Source: a virus (lineage: Duplodnaviria; Caudoviricetes). From it: a stretch of 64,000 nucleotides of DNA. The stretch lies in IMG/VR virus record IMGVR_UViG_3300025723_000013; one strand, given 5' to 3'. The notes under the pieces were generated by a model. That model was not told the DNA's origin. It worked only from the letters and a program-made list of their open reading frames with translations, and did no database searches. The first letter of the stretch is position 1. Each line of letters opens with the position of its first letter. Both the position numbers and the translations under genes were made by a program. Positions 35,611 to 44,833 of the stretch are shown piece by piece.

Positions 35611-36252
35611 TCAAGTATTTATGCTACTTCTCAGTATATACTCTTCAATTTTTTTAAGATTGTCCCCTAGATACATACTTACTAGTGACAGCATGGCTCC
35701 GTCGCTGACATATAAAAAAGGATTTTGAGTCCAAAAAACACTACCTTGAAGCCATTGTTCACTGATTCTTGATACATTTAATTTGCTTTGATCATAACGA
35801 TTCAACCATTCTAAAAATAAACGTCTGGTCTCCAATTTCATATTAATTTTAATATATATTTTATACTGATAGATATTTTTAGGATATCTATCGCATACAA
35901 TTTTTTTAGTTCCATTGGCCAATAAAAAATCAAATTCTTTTTGACTATTGGGTCTATGAACCGTTAGGATATAAGTATTCAAATCTCTAATAATTTTTTC
36001 AAGTAAGGATTCATCGTTGCAAAAAATACTGCAAAAATGTCCTTCATTGCGGATTTGCACGTCTTTGTTGATAAATTTATCCAATAGAAATCTAAATTTA
36101 ATCAAATACGGAGTTTTATTGGCAGTAGACGAAGACAGTAAAAGTTTTTCGTAACCAATGCTCTGGCGTAGTTCTTGAAGCTTATAACATTCCACTTTAT
36201 AAACCCATTTTTTATAAAATAGCTTATTGGTTTTCAGATTCTTGATCGTCAT
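35611..36252 (-). CDS. Hypothetical phage protein
   Basis: 213-aa ORF overlapping the clpA 3' end. Confidence 0.65.
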   Translation of the reverse strand: MTIKNLKTNKLFYKKWVYKVECYKLQELRQSIGYEKLLLSSSTANKTPYLIKFRFLLDKFINKDVQIRNEGHFCSIFCNDESLLEKIIRDLNTYILTVHRPNSQKEFDFLLANGTKKIVCDRYPKNIYQYKIYIKINMKLETRRLFLEWLNRYDQSKLNVSRISEQWLQGSVFWTQNPFLYVSDGAMLSLVSMYLGDNLKKIEEYILRSSINT

Positions 36253-38500
36253 TGGCCTCTACTTGTTTAACTAAAAGAACATCAACATATTTCAGGATTA
36301 ATTCATCTTCCGCAGAATCTACCTCAACCACTCCTCCGTTGGTTAATTTTCCAAACAAAATTTCCTTGCTGAGCGGCTTCTTGATATGCTCGTCGATCAC
36401 ACGCTGCAATGGTCTAGCACCCATTTTACTGTTAAATCCTTTCTTGACAAGAAATTCAGTTGCTTCATTAGTGAGTTGTACAAAAACATTACGATCTTTG
36501 ATCAAACTATTAAGATCATTAATAAACTTCTTGATGACCTTGATCATGGTGGCATGATCCAACTTACCAAATTTGATTATACCATCTAACCGATTACGGA
36601 ATTCGGGTGCAAAAAATCTATTGACAGCATCTTTAGGATCACTGTCTCGTTCTAGACTACCGAAGCCTACTGAATTTTTCTCCGCGTCTGCTGCTCCTAA
36701 ATTGCTGGTCATGATGATAATAGCGTTTCTTCCATCGGCCTTCTTGCCATTGCTGCCGGTTACAAATCCATTATCCATCAGCTGAAGTAGTACTGTCAAC
36801 ACACCGGGATGAGCCTTTTCAACTTCGTCAAACAACAAAATGCCATTTGGATGCTCTTGTAACTTGGTAATCAATTGACCTGCATTGTCCTCAAAGCCCA
36901 CATATCCTGGAGGACTGCCTATAAATTTTGCCACAGAATGCTGTTCTTGGTATTCGCTCATGTCAAATCGTATTAATTCAACACCCATATTGGCAGACAA
37001 TTGTTTGGCTGCCTCGGTTTTACCTACTCCGGTTGGACCAACAAACAAAAAATTACCCACTGGACGATTGATAGATTTTAATCCAGCCTGGGCTATAAAA
37101 ATCTTATCCAAAAGTGCTTCAATGGCGCTTTCTTGTCCGTAAACCTTTGATCTCATATTTTTTTCAAGATCTCTTAGATTGTTGTTTTCCTTGGCAGCGA
37201 TTTGATCTAATGGTAAACCTGTAGCTTTAGCCACTTCGAACACGATTTCGTCATGATCCACTAAACCGTTTTCTTCGTCTCGCAACTTAAATCTTGCACT
37301 GGCACAGTCAATAAGATCCAGCGCCTTATCGGGCAATTTCTTATCACTGATGTATTTGATACTGTACTTGACACTGTCTATGACAGCTTGCTTGGTAATT
37401 TTTACATTGTGATGTTTTTCGTAGTATTTTTTCACTCCGCTTACAATTTTGATAGCTGTAGATTCGTCGGGTTCGTTTATAACCACACGCTGGAATCGGC
37501 GCATCAAGGCACGATCTTTTTCAAAATGCTTACGAAACTCTTCCCAAGTAGTACTAGCAATTACCTTGATACCGCCTTTGGACAACGCCGGCTTGAGCAT
37601 GTTGCTCATGTCATTGCTGCCGCCACTGACCGCACCAGCACCGCTCATCATATGTGCTTCGTCAATGAACAAAATACAGTTTTTCTTCTTTTCAAGAGCA
37701 GCTAGAACATTTTTTAAACGTTCCTCAAAGTCGCCGCGATATTTGCTTCCAGCCAACATTGAAGAAATATCCAAAGAATATACCGAATGATTTTGTATGA
37801 ATTTGGGAACATTACCTTCAACTATTTTTTTAGCAACTCCTTCAGCAATGGCAGTTTTTCCCACGCCCGGATCACCAATTAGCATCACGTTGCTTTTGGT
37901 TCGGCGCGCTAAAATAAGTGTGAGATCTTCGATTTCTTTTTCTCGACCAATAACTGGATCAATTTGTTTGTTTTTGGCCTTAGAAGTTAGATTCACACAA
38001 TACTGCACTAGAAACTTTTCCAGCTGTCGTTCATTTGATTCAATGGCTTCTTTTTCTTCGATAATGCTGCCATCTTTCACGATAAATTCTAAAAACTTGT
38101 CTTTTTCGATGCCGGCTTTGCGCATAAAATAATTTGCATGACTGTTTTTTTCCGAAAACAAACTTATCAAGCAATCTACCGGTTCAATCTGCTGCCGGCC
38201 ACTGAACAACACCTGTGTAAATGCTCGATTTAACATTCTTTCTACAGTATTGGTCTTTCTTGGTTTTTCACCTCCAACCAATGTGGAAATCTCTAAAAGT
38301 TCACTGGTGATATATTTTTCTAAATTGGATCTTAGATCCACAACATCGGCACCATATGTAATCAACATATCGGAAAAAGCTTCGTTAGAAATCATGCCGT
38401 ATAAAAAGTGCTCGAGAGTGATGTATTCATGATTATTTTGAACAGCCAGCAAAATTGATTGCTCAAACATCTCAGATAAATCTTTATTTGGTTCTAGCAT
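36224..38500 (-). CDS. clpA: ClpA-like ATP-dependent Clp protease ATPase subunit
   Basis: Clp N-domain; AAA1 GDPGVGKT/FIDEAH, pore loop KYRGDFE; AAA2 GPTGVGKT/LFDEVEKAH; ClpP-docking-like SVGF loop; PEFRNRLD, MGARPL; no ClpB M-domain. Confidence 0.93.
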   Translation of the reverse strand: MLEPNKDLSEMFEQSILLAVQNNHEYITLEHFLYGMISNEAFSDMLITYGADVVDLRSNLEKYITSELLEISTLVGGEKPRKTNTVERMLNRAFTQVLFSGRQQIEPVDCLISLFSEKNSHANYFMRKAGIEKDKFLEFIVKDGSIIEEKEAIESNERQLEKFLVQYCVNLTSKAKNKQIDPVIGREKEIEDLTLILARRTKSNVMLIGDPGVGKTAIAEGVAKKIVEGNVPKFIQNHSVYSLDISSMLAGSKYRGDFEERLKNVLAALEKKKNCILFIDEAHMMSGAGAVSGGSNDMSNMLKPALSKGGIKVIASTTWEEFRKHFEKDRALMRRFQRVVINEPDESTAIKIVSGVKKYYEKHHNVKITKQAVIDSVKYSIKYISDKKLPDKALDLIDCASARFKLRDEENGLVDHDEIVFEVAKATGLPLDQIAAKENNNLRDLEKNMRSKVYGQESAIEALLDKIFIAQAGLKSINRPVGNFLFVGPTGVGKTEAAKQLSANMGVELIRFDMSEYQEQHSVAKFIGSPPGYVGFEDNAGQLITKLQEHPNGILLFDEVEKAHPGVLTVLLQLMDNGFVTGSNGKKADGRNAIIIMTSNLGAADAEKNSVGFGSLERDSDPKDAVNRFFAPEFRNRLDGIIKFGKLDHATMIKVIKKFINDLNSLIKDRNVFVQLTNEATEFLVKKGFNSKMGARPLQRVIDEHIKKPLSKEILFGKLTNGGVVEVDSAEDELILKYVDVLLVKQVEANDDQESENQ

Positions 38501-38997
38501 TATCCCATCCTTTGTAAACGTTTTTTAACGGCCAACGACCATTTGAGATCACTTGCACGATCTTGAAATGTTATACCTTCCAAGTGATCTAATTCATGAA
38601 GAAAGCATTTACAATCGTAATTGCGGAATTCACTTTCTTCCCATTCTCCTTTGACATTTTGCCAGCGTGCCTTGATGGCCACTGGTCTTTTAATTTTAAC
38701 ATAGATATCAGGAAAGCTCAAACATCCTTCATCCAGGTCCGCTATGTCGTCGGTATTGGCAATTACCAAGGGATTAAACAAGGCAAAACCTTTGTCCGGT
38801 GCTGACGGATTGCCCATCACAAACATTCTTATGCGTTTTCCAACTTGATTGGCGCTGAGTCCGATACCTTCGTGCGCGTACATGGTTTCCAACATTGCTT
38901 TTTCCAATTGAACAGGATCTTCTGTGGGATTGGAGAAATCAAATTCTGGCATTTTTTCCCTTAGGATAGGATCTGGAAATTTTATTATTTTTAACAT
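38500..38997 (-). CDS. def: Peptide deformylase
   Basis: GIGLSANQVG, EGCLS, HELDH. Confidence 0.96.
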   Translation of the reverse strand: MLKIIKFPDPILREKMPEFDFSNPTEDPVQLEKAMLETMYAHEGIGLSANQVGKRIRMFVMGNPSAPDKGFALFNPLVIANTDDIADLDEGCLSFPDIYVKIKRPVAIKARWQNVKGEWEESEFRNYDCKCFLHELDHLEGITFQDRASDLKWSLAVKKRLQRMG

Positions 38998-39005
38998 ACT
39001 GATAT

Positions 39006-39830
39006 TTAATTCCTTAGCTGTCTAACCAATTCCTTTTGATCATCAGTCAAATTGGTAGGAACCGTGAGATTAATTTTCAAAATCAAACGTCCCTTGAATC
39101 TTTGATCATTGATGTTGGGCATGCCCTGGCCCTGAGCACTGAGTAAAGTGCCATGCTGTGTGCCAGGAGCGATGTTGATGTTTAAGATTCTATCATCAAT
39201 TGTGTTCACAGGCATGATTGTACCTAGAATGGCGTCAAATACCGATATGTTGACTTCTTTGATCAAATCATCGCCTTGACGGGCGAACACTGGGTGAGGT
39301 TGTACCTGCACAGTGAGATGTACATCTCCTCTAGGAAGATGTTGGAACATGTCATCACCTATTTCCTTCAATCTCAGAGTATTCCCGTCATTTACTCCGG
39401 CAGGAATTTTTACGTTTATAATTTGCTCTCGTCCGCTAGGTAGAGAGATATTGGCCACTAATTCTTTGCCTCTATAAGCTTCTTCCAGCGTGATGCTGGT
39501 TTGTAAATTCAATGTTCTATTGCGTTGTGGCTGCTGCTGTTGACCAAACATGTTTCCAAATGGACTATGACCACCAAAGGCATGAGAAAAAATATCCTCA
39601 AAGCCTGGTGGAAATCCGCCTCTTTGAAACTGAGGTTGCGGATTATCATATTGTTGTCTTTTTTGTGGGTCACTGAGAACTGCATAAGCCTCTTGGACCT
39701 TTTGAAATTCAGATTGATCGCCGCCTCTGTCAGGATGGTGCCTCATGGCCAGTTTACGATAGGCTTTTTTTATATCCTCTTCTGAGGCGTTTTTTTCAAC
39801 ACCCAATGTCTGATAATGACTCATACTCAC
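39006..39830 (-). CDS. dnaJ: Class B J-domain co-chaperone (DnaJ/CbpA-like, no zinc finger)
   Basis: J-domain with HPD, G/F region, C-terminal substrate domain (IPAGV, GDVHL, G.GMP). Confidence 0.93.
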   Translation of the reverse strand: MSMSHYQTLGVEKNASEEDIKKAYRKLAMRHHPDRGGDQSEFQKVQEAYAVLSDPQKRQQYDNPQPQFQRGGFPPGFEDIFSHAFGGHSPFGNMFGQQQQPQRNRTLNLQTSITLEEAYRGKELVANISLPSGREQIINVKIPAGVNDGNTLRLKEIGDDMFQHLPRGDVHLTVQVQPHPVFARQGDDLIKEVNISVFDAILGTIMPVNTIDDRILNINIAPGTQHGTLLSAQGQGMPNINDQRFKGRLILKINLTVPTNLTDDQKELVRQLRN

Positions 39831-39852
39831 CTATAATATTGTTATGATAACA

Positions 39853-39881
39853 ATTATAATTTATTTTAGAATAAATGTCAA
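39853..39881 (-). promoter_or_regulatory. Consensus sigma70 promoter of the dnaJ-def-clpA operon
   Basis: TTGACA (39881-39876), 17 nt, TATAAT (39858-39853). Confidence 0.85.
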
Positions 39882-39886
39882 ATCAG

Positions 39887-40411
39887 TTATTGCGGATGAT
39901 CAAACGACGGCGGTGGAGCTTTTTTTCCATTAAACCCGATCACAACCGTTGCCGATGATGTGGTTACTGTGGCAAGTGGAGGGGTGACTGTAGGCGGCTC
40001 AGGCGCCGCTGCTGGAGCAGGTGTATTAGGTGGCGTAGGCACAGTGGCAGTGATTGGCTGCGTGGGAGGTTGATAGGCGGTTCCTACTCCTGGTCCATAT
40101 CCTGGACCAAAAATTGCTGACGGATTGGTCGGTGGCAAATCTGTAGGATCTATTCCACTTATTTTTTCTCTGGTTCGCCCATATGATGTAACACCCACAA
40201 TGGCTCCCATCGCCAAATGGAATAATCCTGCTCCTTGGAGAGTCAAAGGTTGCCACTGAGAGTTGATAGCTCCTTTAAAATATGCTTGTAAACCACTCCA
40301 AAATATGGGAGCTATTATAAAATCAAAAATGCAAACCCCAAAGTACATCCACCCCATCATGGGTCGCCAGTGCGAATGTACCCAGTGTGTTTTTTTTGCT
40401 TTGTCGTCCAT
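39887..40411 (-). CDS. Putative holin (GTA 3TM-holin-like) with Pro/Thr-rich tail
   Basis: WRPMMGW motif, two hydrophobic segments, GRTREK; directly downstream of the endolysin. Confidence 0.6.
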   Translation of the reverse strand: MDDKAKKTHWVHSHWRPMMGWMYFGVCIFDFIIAPIFWSGLQAYFKGAINSQWQPLTLQGAGLFHLAMGAIVGVTSYGRTREKISGIDPTDLPPTNPSAIFGPGYGPGVGTAYQPPTQPITATVPTPPNTPAPAAAPEPPTVTPPLATVTTSSATVVIGFNGKKAPPPSFDHPQ

Positions 40412-40414
40412 ATT

Positions 40415-41035
40415 TTATGATAGTATCGACATTGCTCGCTGATACCTTTCGGTACGATCGGCTATACCGATAATTCCTCCATTTATAAGTTTTGTCATTT
40501 TTTCTACATTGCCTGCATCTGCGGCGCTATTGATATTGCGTGTTTTCCAAAACCAACAAGCGCTTTGTAGGGCTCCTTCAAAAGTAGCAAGATATTCGGG
40601 CATGTCATCAATATTCATTTTGAGACTATCTGCCAATGATTGATAATTTGATCGACCTGTTATCTGTATAAGGCCTCTGCCACAGAATCTATATCCGTCA
40701 CCGCTGTTTTCGGAACCATTTCCCAAACGATTGGCATAAACGTTATTGGCAATGGCTTGAGCATTGTGTGCATACTGTGTGGCAATTTCCATGTTAGGAA
40801 AATGTCTAGGCCACACTTTGATCAAGGTAGCAGCTTTATAATTTAAATTTTCTTTTATTAAATTAAACTCACTGCTTTCATGAGCACACTGTGATAAAAA
40901 ACCAGCCAATCGCAATGGCGAGTTGATCTCATAAGATGGCAATAGTTGAGTCATGACTTCGTACCATTCATGTACAAATTTGTTACTAGGAATGATTTGA
41001 GCCAACTGATCTTGACTTAAAATTAGATCATCCAT
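40415..41035 (-). CDS. GH19 chitinase-like endolysin
   Basis: FLSQCAHES, ENLNY, GRGLIQITGRSNY, SACWFW, TKLINGG. Confidence 0.93.
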   Translation of the reverse strand: MDDLILSQDQLAQIIPSNKFVHEWYEVMTQLLPSYEINSPLRLAGFLSQCAHESSEFNLIKENLNYKAATLIKVWPRHFPNMEIATQYAHNAQAIANNVYANRLGNGSENSGDGYRFCGRGLIQITGRSNYQSLADSLKMNIDDMPEYLATFEGALQSACWFWKTRNINSAADAGNVEKMTKLINGGIIGIADRTERYQRAMSILS

Positions 41036-41093
41036 ATGAATACCTTATTAACAAAGTATTTAATGGATTGTTTTTGCTTATTAAGTAGTCAGT

Positions 41094-41369
41094 TTAAGGT
41101 AAAACACCGTATATTGCTATAATGGTATTGAGAATGCTGTTGACCTTTAACACTTCGGAGATTTCATCGGCATCATGTTGAATGTTTAGTTTTCTCTGTG
41201 TATCTTTTACCAATTCTAAATATTCAGCGGCAGTAATCGAGCCTGCATTAACCATGTCCGTGTACTGTTTCAACGACTGAGCCACACTGACTATATTGGG
41301 ATTTTGACTGGATACATCGGACAGCAAGTTTTGAATAGTTTGTGTATTTTTTAAATCTTGTATACTCAT
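41094..41369 (-). CDS. Small helical protein in the lysis cassette
   Basis: 91 aa, ATGA-coupled to the upstream lipoprotein, hydrophobic C-tip. Confidence 0.6.
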   Translation of the reverse strand: MSIQDLKNTQTIQNLLSDVSSQNPNIVSVAQSLKQYTDMVNAGSITAAEYLELVKDTQRKLNIQHDADEISEVLKVNSILNTIIAIYGVLP

Positions 41370-41761
41370 TTTGGTTCACTTCCGATAATTTTTTGTATTA
41401 TTTCTGCACTTTGCTGGATATTTTCAAATTTTATCCTGCAAAATGTTGTACTTACTTTTCCTGTTTGATATTGATCATTAAGCCCTTTTGCTATACTGGA
41501 CAATTCAGACGAAGCATCTGCAATTTTTCCAACATGAGGAAGATATTGTACATAGTTTTTAAAGGACACAGTGTTAGCATATATCTGATTTGCTTGCGCC
41601 GCAGCATAAGACGTATCTTCACATTTTGTCTTGGCTATTTCAGCAGAAGTCCTGATGTCGGATATGGAACGATATTGATTCAAATCAAATTTTATTTGAT
41701 ATTCGTCGATCAGTGTGCATGCGTTTACAAAAAAAACCAATAAAAAAATTATTTTTTTCAT
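41366..41761 (-). CDS. Lipoprotein in the lysis cassette
   Basis: Signal peptide MKKIIFLLVFFVNA-C (lipobox-like); helical periplasmic domain with 2 further Cys. Confidence 0.7.
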   Translation of the reverse strand: MKKIIFLLVFFVNACTLIDEYQIKFDLNQYRSISDIRTSAEIAKTKCEDTSYAAAQANQIYANTVSFKNYVQYLPHVGKIADASSELSSIAKGLNDQYQTGKVSTTFCRIKFENIQQSAEIIQKIIGSEPK

Positions 41762-42024
41762 TTGACTGACTCAAATATTTTCTTTTGACTAGAATACCAA
41801 TCGATCCATTCATTTAATTTGATTTGACATTCGTGATATTGTCCATAATTGCCTGACACCACAACAAGCACATCGCTTAATTTGGTAGTTTTTGTGTCCA
41901 ATGATTGTAAATCCGGGCAAGGCTGCATTAGTATCGACGGAGCTTCAGGGAATTTTCTTTCAATGGGCACAAATTGAGCGCATCCGGTCAACCCTACAAA
42001 TAGAAATAAAATAAGTTTTTTCAT
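41758..42024 (-). CDS. o-spanin (Rz1-like lipoprotein)
   Basis: Lipobox LTGC, Pro-rich FPEAP..MQPCPDL, second Cys; follows the i-spanin. Confidence 0.8.
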   Translation of the reverse strand: MKKLILFLFVGLTGCAQFVPIERKFPEAPSILMQPCPDLQSLDTKTTKLSDVLVVVSGNYGQYHECQIKLNEWIDWYSSQKKIFESVK

Positions 42025-42482
42025 TTGTTGTTGCTCACTGTGTTGGTAGCTGCTTCGTTTAATATGTTGATTGCTTCAGGATCAACAGTGCAGTCCTTAT
42101 CTATTGTGGGTTCAGCTGTTTGTATCTGAGTTTTAATCACAGTTTGAACATCATGCACCACCTGCGTTTCTTTATCAACCTGGGTAACTATTTGAACGTT
42201 GACGTGATTGCTTTTTTCTACTGCGTCTGCTATTTTGATTTTGAGATCGGCAATTTCATTTTTTATTATAGATTGCGAATAACTGAATCCTTCTAGATAT
42301 GAGCCCGAAAGCAACAATATCATGCTTAATAGTCCCAAAGCTAGTCCATAATTGGCAATGGGCGGAATTCTTTTAGCCACTATTCCTAAAACAAATAATA
42401 CAACGCCGGATATCATAACACCGTGCGTAATAAACTGAAATATCCCGGGTGGAATGATGCCTAGCACATCCATGATCCACAT
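42021..42482 (-). CDS. i-spanin (Rz-like inner membrane protein)
   Basis: N-terminal TM helices then coiled coil and C-terminal Cys; ATGA overlap with the o-spanin. Confidence 0.75.
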   Translation of the reverse strand: MWIMDVLGIIPPGIFQFITHGVMISGVVLFVLGIVAKRIPPIANYGLALGLLSMILLLSGSYLEGFSYSQSIIKNEIADLKIKIADAVEKSNHVNVQIVTQVDKETQVVHDVQTVIKTQIQTAEPTIDKDCTVDPEAINILNEAATNTVSNNK

Positions 42483-42484
42483 GT

Positions 42485-43408
42485 TTAACTACCTCTGCTT
42501 ACTATAATCGCCTTGATTCCATTCTTTATTAAAAATTTATTGTTAATTTTATAGATATCTGTATTGCCCAGATATTTCTCTAAAAATAAAATTTCACTAT
42601 TTGAAGTTTCGTCCAGTTGTATTGCACCAGGCAGCTGATTTATCACATCTGTATAAAAACCCAATGATTCCAATTTGAGATTGAGAGATCCTGCAAATGG
42701 TTTGGTCAAGATCAAATTGTTGCTCTCGTCAATGTCCGCCACTTTGACGGTGCCTTGATTAAGAATATCTCCAACTTCGGTCATCTTTTTTTCTTTGATT
42801 CTAAGTTTATAGGAATCTTGATCCAATGGAACAAATTTCTTAATTGATTCTTTTGAAAATTGATGACTGTCGATGTCCTTGAAATAGGTAAAACGCCAGT
42901 TATCAAAGTCACACAATTGTGATAAATCCTTGAGTATTTCATCCAACTCATCGGGCACGCGGCGATTACGTTCCAGTTCTACAAATACAGAATATTGCCC
43001 GTCGTTTTCCTCTCCGGTGCTCATGGCCGAATCCAACACAAATAGATAACCTTTCTCAATAAACTCCATTAAGTCAGTGGCAGGAAATTTATCTTTGACC
43101 TTGAACGCAATAACCATGATATCTTCGTCATTGCCCATTTTGCTTTTGTATTGATCAATGGTGAATCTATTAGATACCATGTCTTTGAGATCATGGGATC
43201 TTAAACCTTCGTATAGTCTGCCTTCTTTGACTTTTTTAGGAGCATGATCATACGGGTTATATCCTTTATTGGTGTCTTGAGCAGAATCTTTATTTTTTTT
43301 ACCTAATACTTTATCAGCAACTGACAGCTGATCCGGAGTCAAGGTTTTATCCTTACGCAGCATCATTGCTGCCTCGCGTTCATTTCTAGGATTCTTAGGT
43401 TGGCGCAT
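42485..43408 (-). CDS. Hypothetical phage protein
   Basis: 307 aa; basic N-terminus ending in VKE/LYE motifs. Confidence 0.7.
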   Translation of the reverse strand: MRQPKNPRNEREAAMMLRKDKTLTPDQLSVADKVLGKKNKDSAQDTNKGYNPYDHAPKKVKEGRLYEGLRSHDLKDMVSNRFTIDQYKSKMGNDEDIMVIAFKVKDKFPATDLMEFIEKGYLFVLDSAMSTGEENDGQYSVFVELERNRRVPDELDEILKDLSQLCDFDNWRFTYFKDIDSHQFSKESIKKFVPLDQDSYKLRIKEKKMTEVGDILNQGTVKVADIDESNNLILTKPFAGSLNLKLESLGFYTDVINQLPGAIQLDETSNSEILFLEKYLGNTDIYKINNKFLIKNGIKAIIVSRGS

Positions 43409-43916
43409 TGGGTTCAGTCTCTGGAGTTATCTGAGCAGGAGTCATTTCACCTGCTTCTTTTTCAAATCTCATTAGATCAGCTATACGTATGTTGTCTCTT
43501 TCTTCATATCCGTTGTAGATATCTTGCATTAACTTTTTAGGCATTTCGATAGTGACCACCCAGACAGGGTGCGCATCAATCTTGCCTTTTTTAGTGCCTG
43601 GTCTGAAATCGCTGGGTTTGTGAACCTTGCGGGGAATCATGATGTGAGTTTTATCATATTTGATATTGCAACCATAGTCGTCCAATCTTTTAGCAGCAGC
43701 TGGATCAGGCATGTGTTTGTAAGGCCACATAAATTTGCAGGTGACAAAATATCTGCCTACATCGGGTCCTGCTAGCAATTCTCCATCGATCCAATTTTTA
43801 TATACATAGATATCTAACTCGTCGATAACTCGTTCAAAATCTTTTAGTATTTTAAACGCCGAATCGTCTACAGTCAGTGTTTGTAGGTTTTTAATAATGT
43901 CAACAATGTCGTGCAT
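43395..43916 (-). CDS. Hypothetical late phage protein
   Basis: 173 aa; TATAAATA 19 nt upstream. Confidence 0.7.
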   Translation of the reverse strand: MHDIVDIIKNLQTLTVDDSAFKILKDFERVIDELDIYVYKNWIDGELLAGPDVGRYFVTCKFMWPYKHMPDPAAAKRLDDYGCNIKYDKTHIMIPRKVHKPSDFRPGTKKGKIDAHPVWVVTIEMPKKLMQDIYNGYEERDNIRIADLMRFEKEAGEMTPAQITPETEPNAPT

Positions 43917-43935
43917 GATGGTTCTCTTCTCAATA

Positions 43936-43943
43936 TATTTATA
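43936..43943 (-). promoter_or_regulatory. T4-type late promoter TATAAATA
   Basis: Exact T4 late consensus upstream of 43916. Confidence 0.7.
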
Positions 43944-44035
43944 CGATCCAAAATAAAGGCATTTGAATAGCTTTTTAAGATTAGTACTTAAATATTTGGC
44001 AGGTGTAGTAATTATTGTTCCATAAGGAGTATAAT

Positions 44036-44788
44036 TTGCCTAGAACAAGAAGAAGAGACCGTGCAAATCGACAGGAACACGATCCAAGATTTGCTCAAGA
44101 AAGTAGAAGTTTATTAGAATTTAAACCAAAATCTCGTAAAAATGCACAAGTAAACATCGTCCCCCGCAATTTAAGCCAGGAAAAATACCTAGATTTACTA
44201 AAAAATCCCAAAAAATATATTATTTTTGCTGTTGGACCGGCAGGCACTGGTAAAACCATGCTTGGAGTTCAAATGGCAATTAAGATGTATAAAGAAGGAA
44301 TGATTAGCAAAATAGTTATCACACGTCCTGCCGTCAGTGTTGATGAAGAACATGGATTTTTGCCTGGTGACTTAAATCAAAAGATGGCACCGTGGACTCG
44401 TCCAATAATGGATGTGTTTGAGGAATACTACCATCCTCGAGAAATTAAAGATATGTTAGATGACGGAGTTATTGAAATCAGTCCTCTCGCTTACATGAGA
44501 GGAAGGAATTTCAAAAATTCTTTCATTGTGGCAGATGAAATGCAAAATGCTACACCTAGTCAAATGAAAATGTTGTTAACTAGATTGGCAGAAGGCAGCA
44601 GAATGGTGGTTACAGGAGACTTAAATCAAGCAGATCGACCTAGAGAAAATGGACTTCTTGATTTTGTCACACTTTACGAAGCATTTAAAAACAATCGTCT
44701 GATAGATATGATCTGGTTTGAGGCCAGAGATATCGAAAGACATCCGGTAGTCAAGGAAGTTTTATCGATTTATAAAGAAACAGAATAA
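44036..44788 (+). CDS. phoH: PhoH-like ATPase
   Basis: GPAGTGKT, ITRP, GFLPGDL, PLAYMRGRNF, DEMQN, TGDLNQ. True start likely TTG 44036 after SD AAGGAG; TAAATA at 43989-43994. Confidence 0.95.
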   Translation: MPRTRRRDRANRQEHDPRFAQESRSLLEFKPKSRKNAQVNIVPRNLSQEKYLDLLKNPKKYIIFAVGPAGTGKTMLGVQMAIKMYKEGMISKIVITRPAVSVDEEHGFLPGDLNQKMAPWTRPIMDVFEEYYHPREIKDMLDDGVIEISPLAYMRGRNFKNSFIVADEMQNATPSQMKMLLTRLAEGSRMVVTGDLNQADRPRENGLLDFVTLYEAFKNNRLIDMIWFEARDIERHPVVKEVLSIYKETE

Positions 44789-44793
44789 AAAAC

Positions 44794-44833
44794 AAGCGGT
44801 GCAGGATTCACCTGCGCCCAAGCTGCACCGCTT
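44794..44833. terminator. Hairpin between the convergent phoH and clamp-loader genes
   Basis: 11-bp inverted repeat AAGCGGTGCAG (44794-44804) / CTGCACCGCTT (44823-44833) flanked by A/T tracts. Confidence 0.7.

Noticed and set aside
44036-44788. phoH on the opposite strand as a foreign insertion
   Set aside because: phoH is a common gene in large phages; here it has a normal SD, a phage-type TAAATA and a terminator, so it is not unusual.
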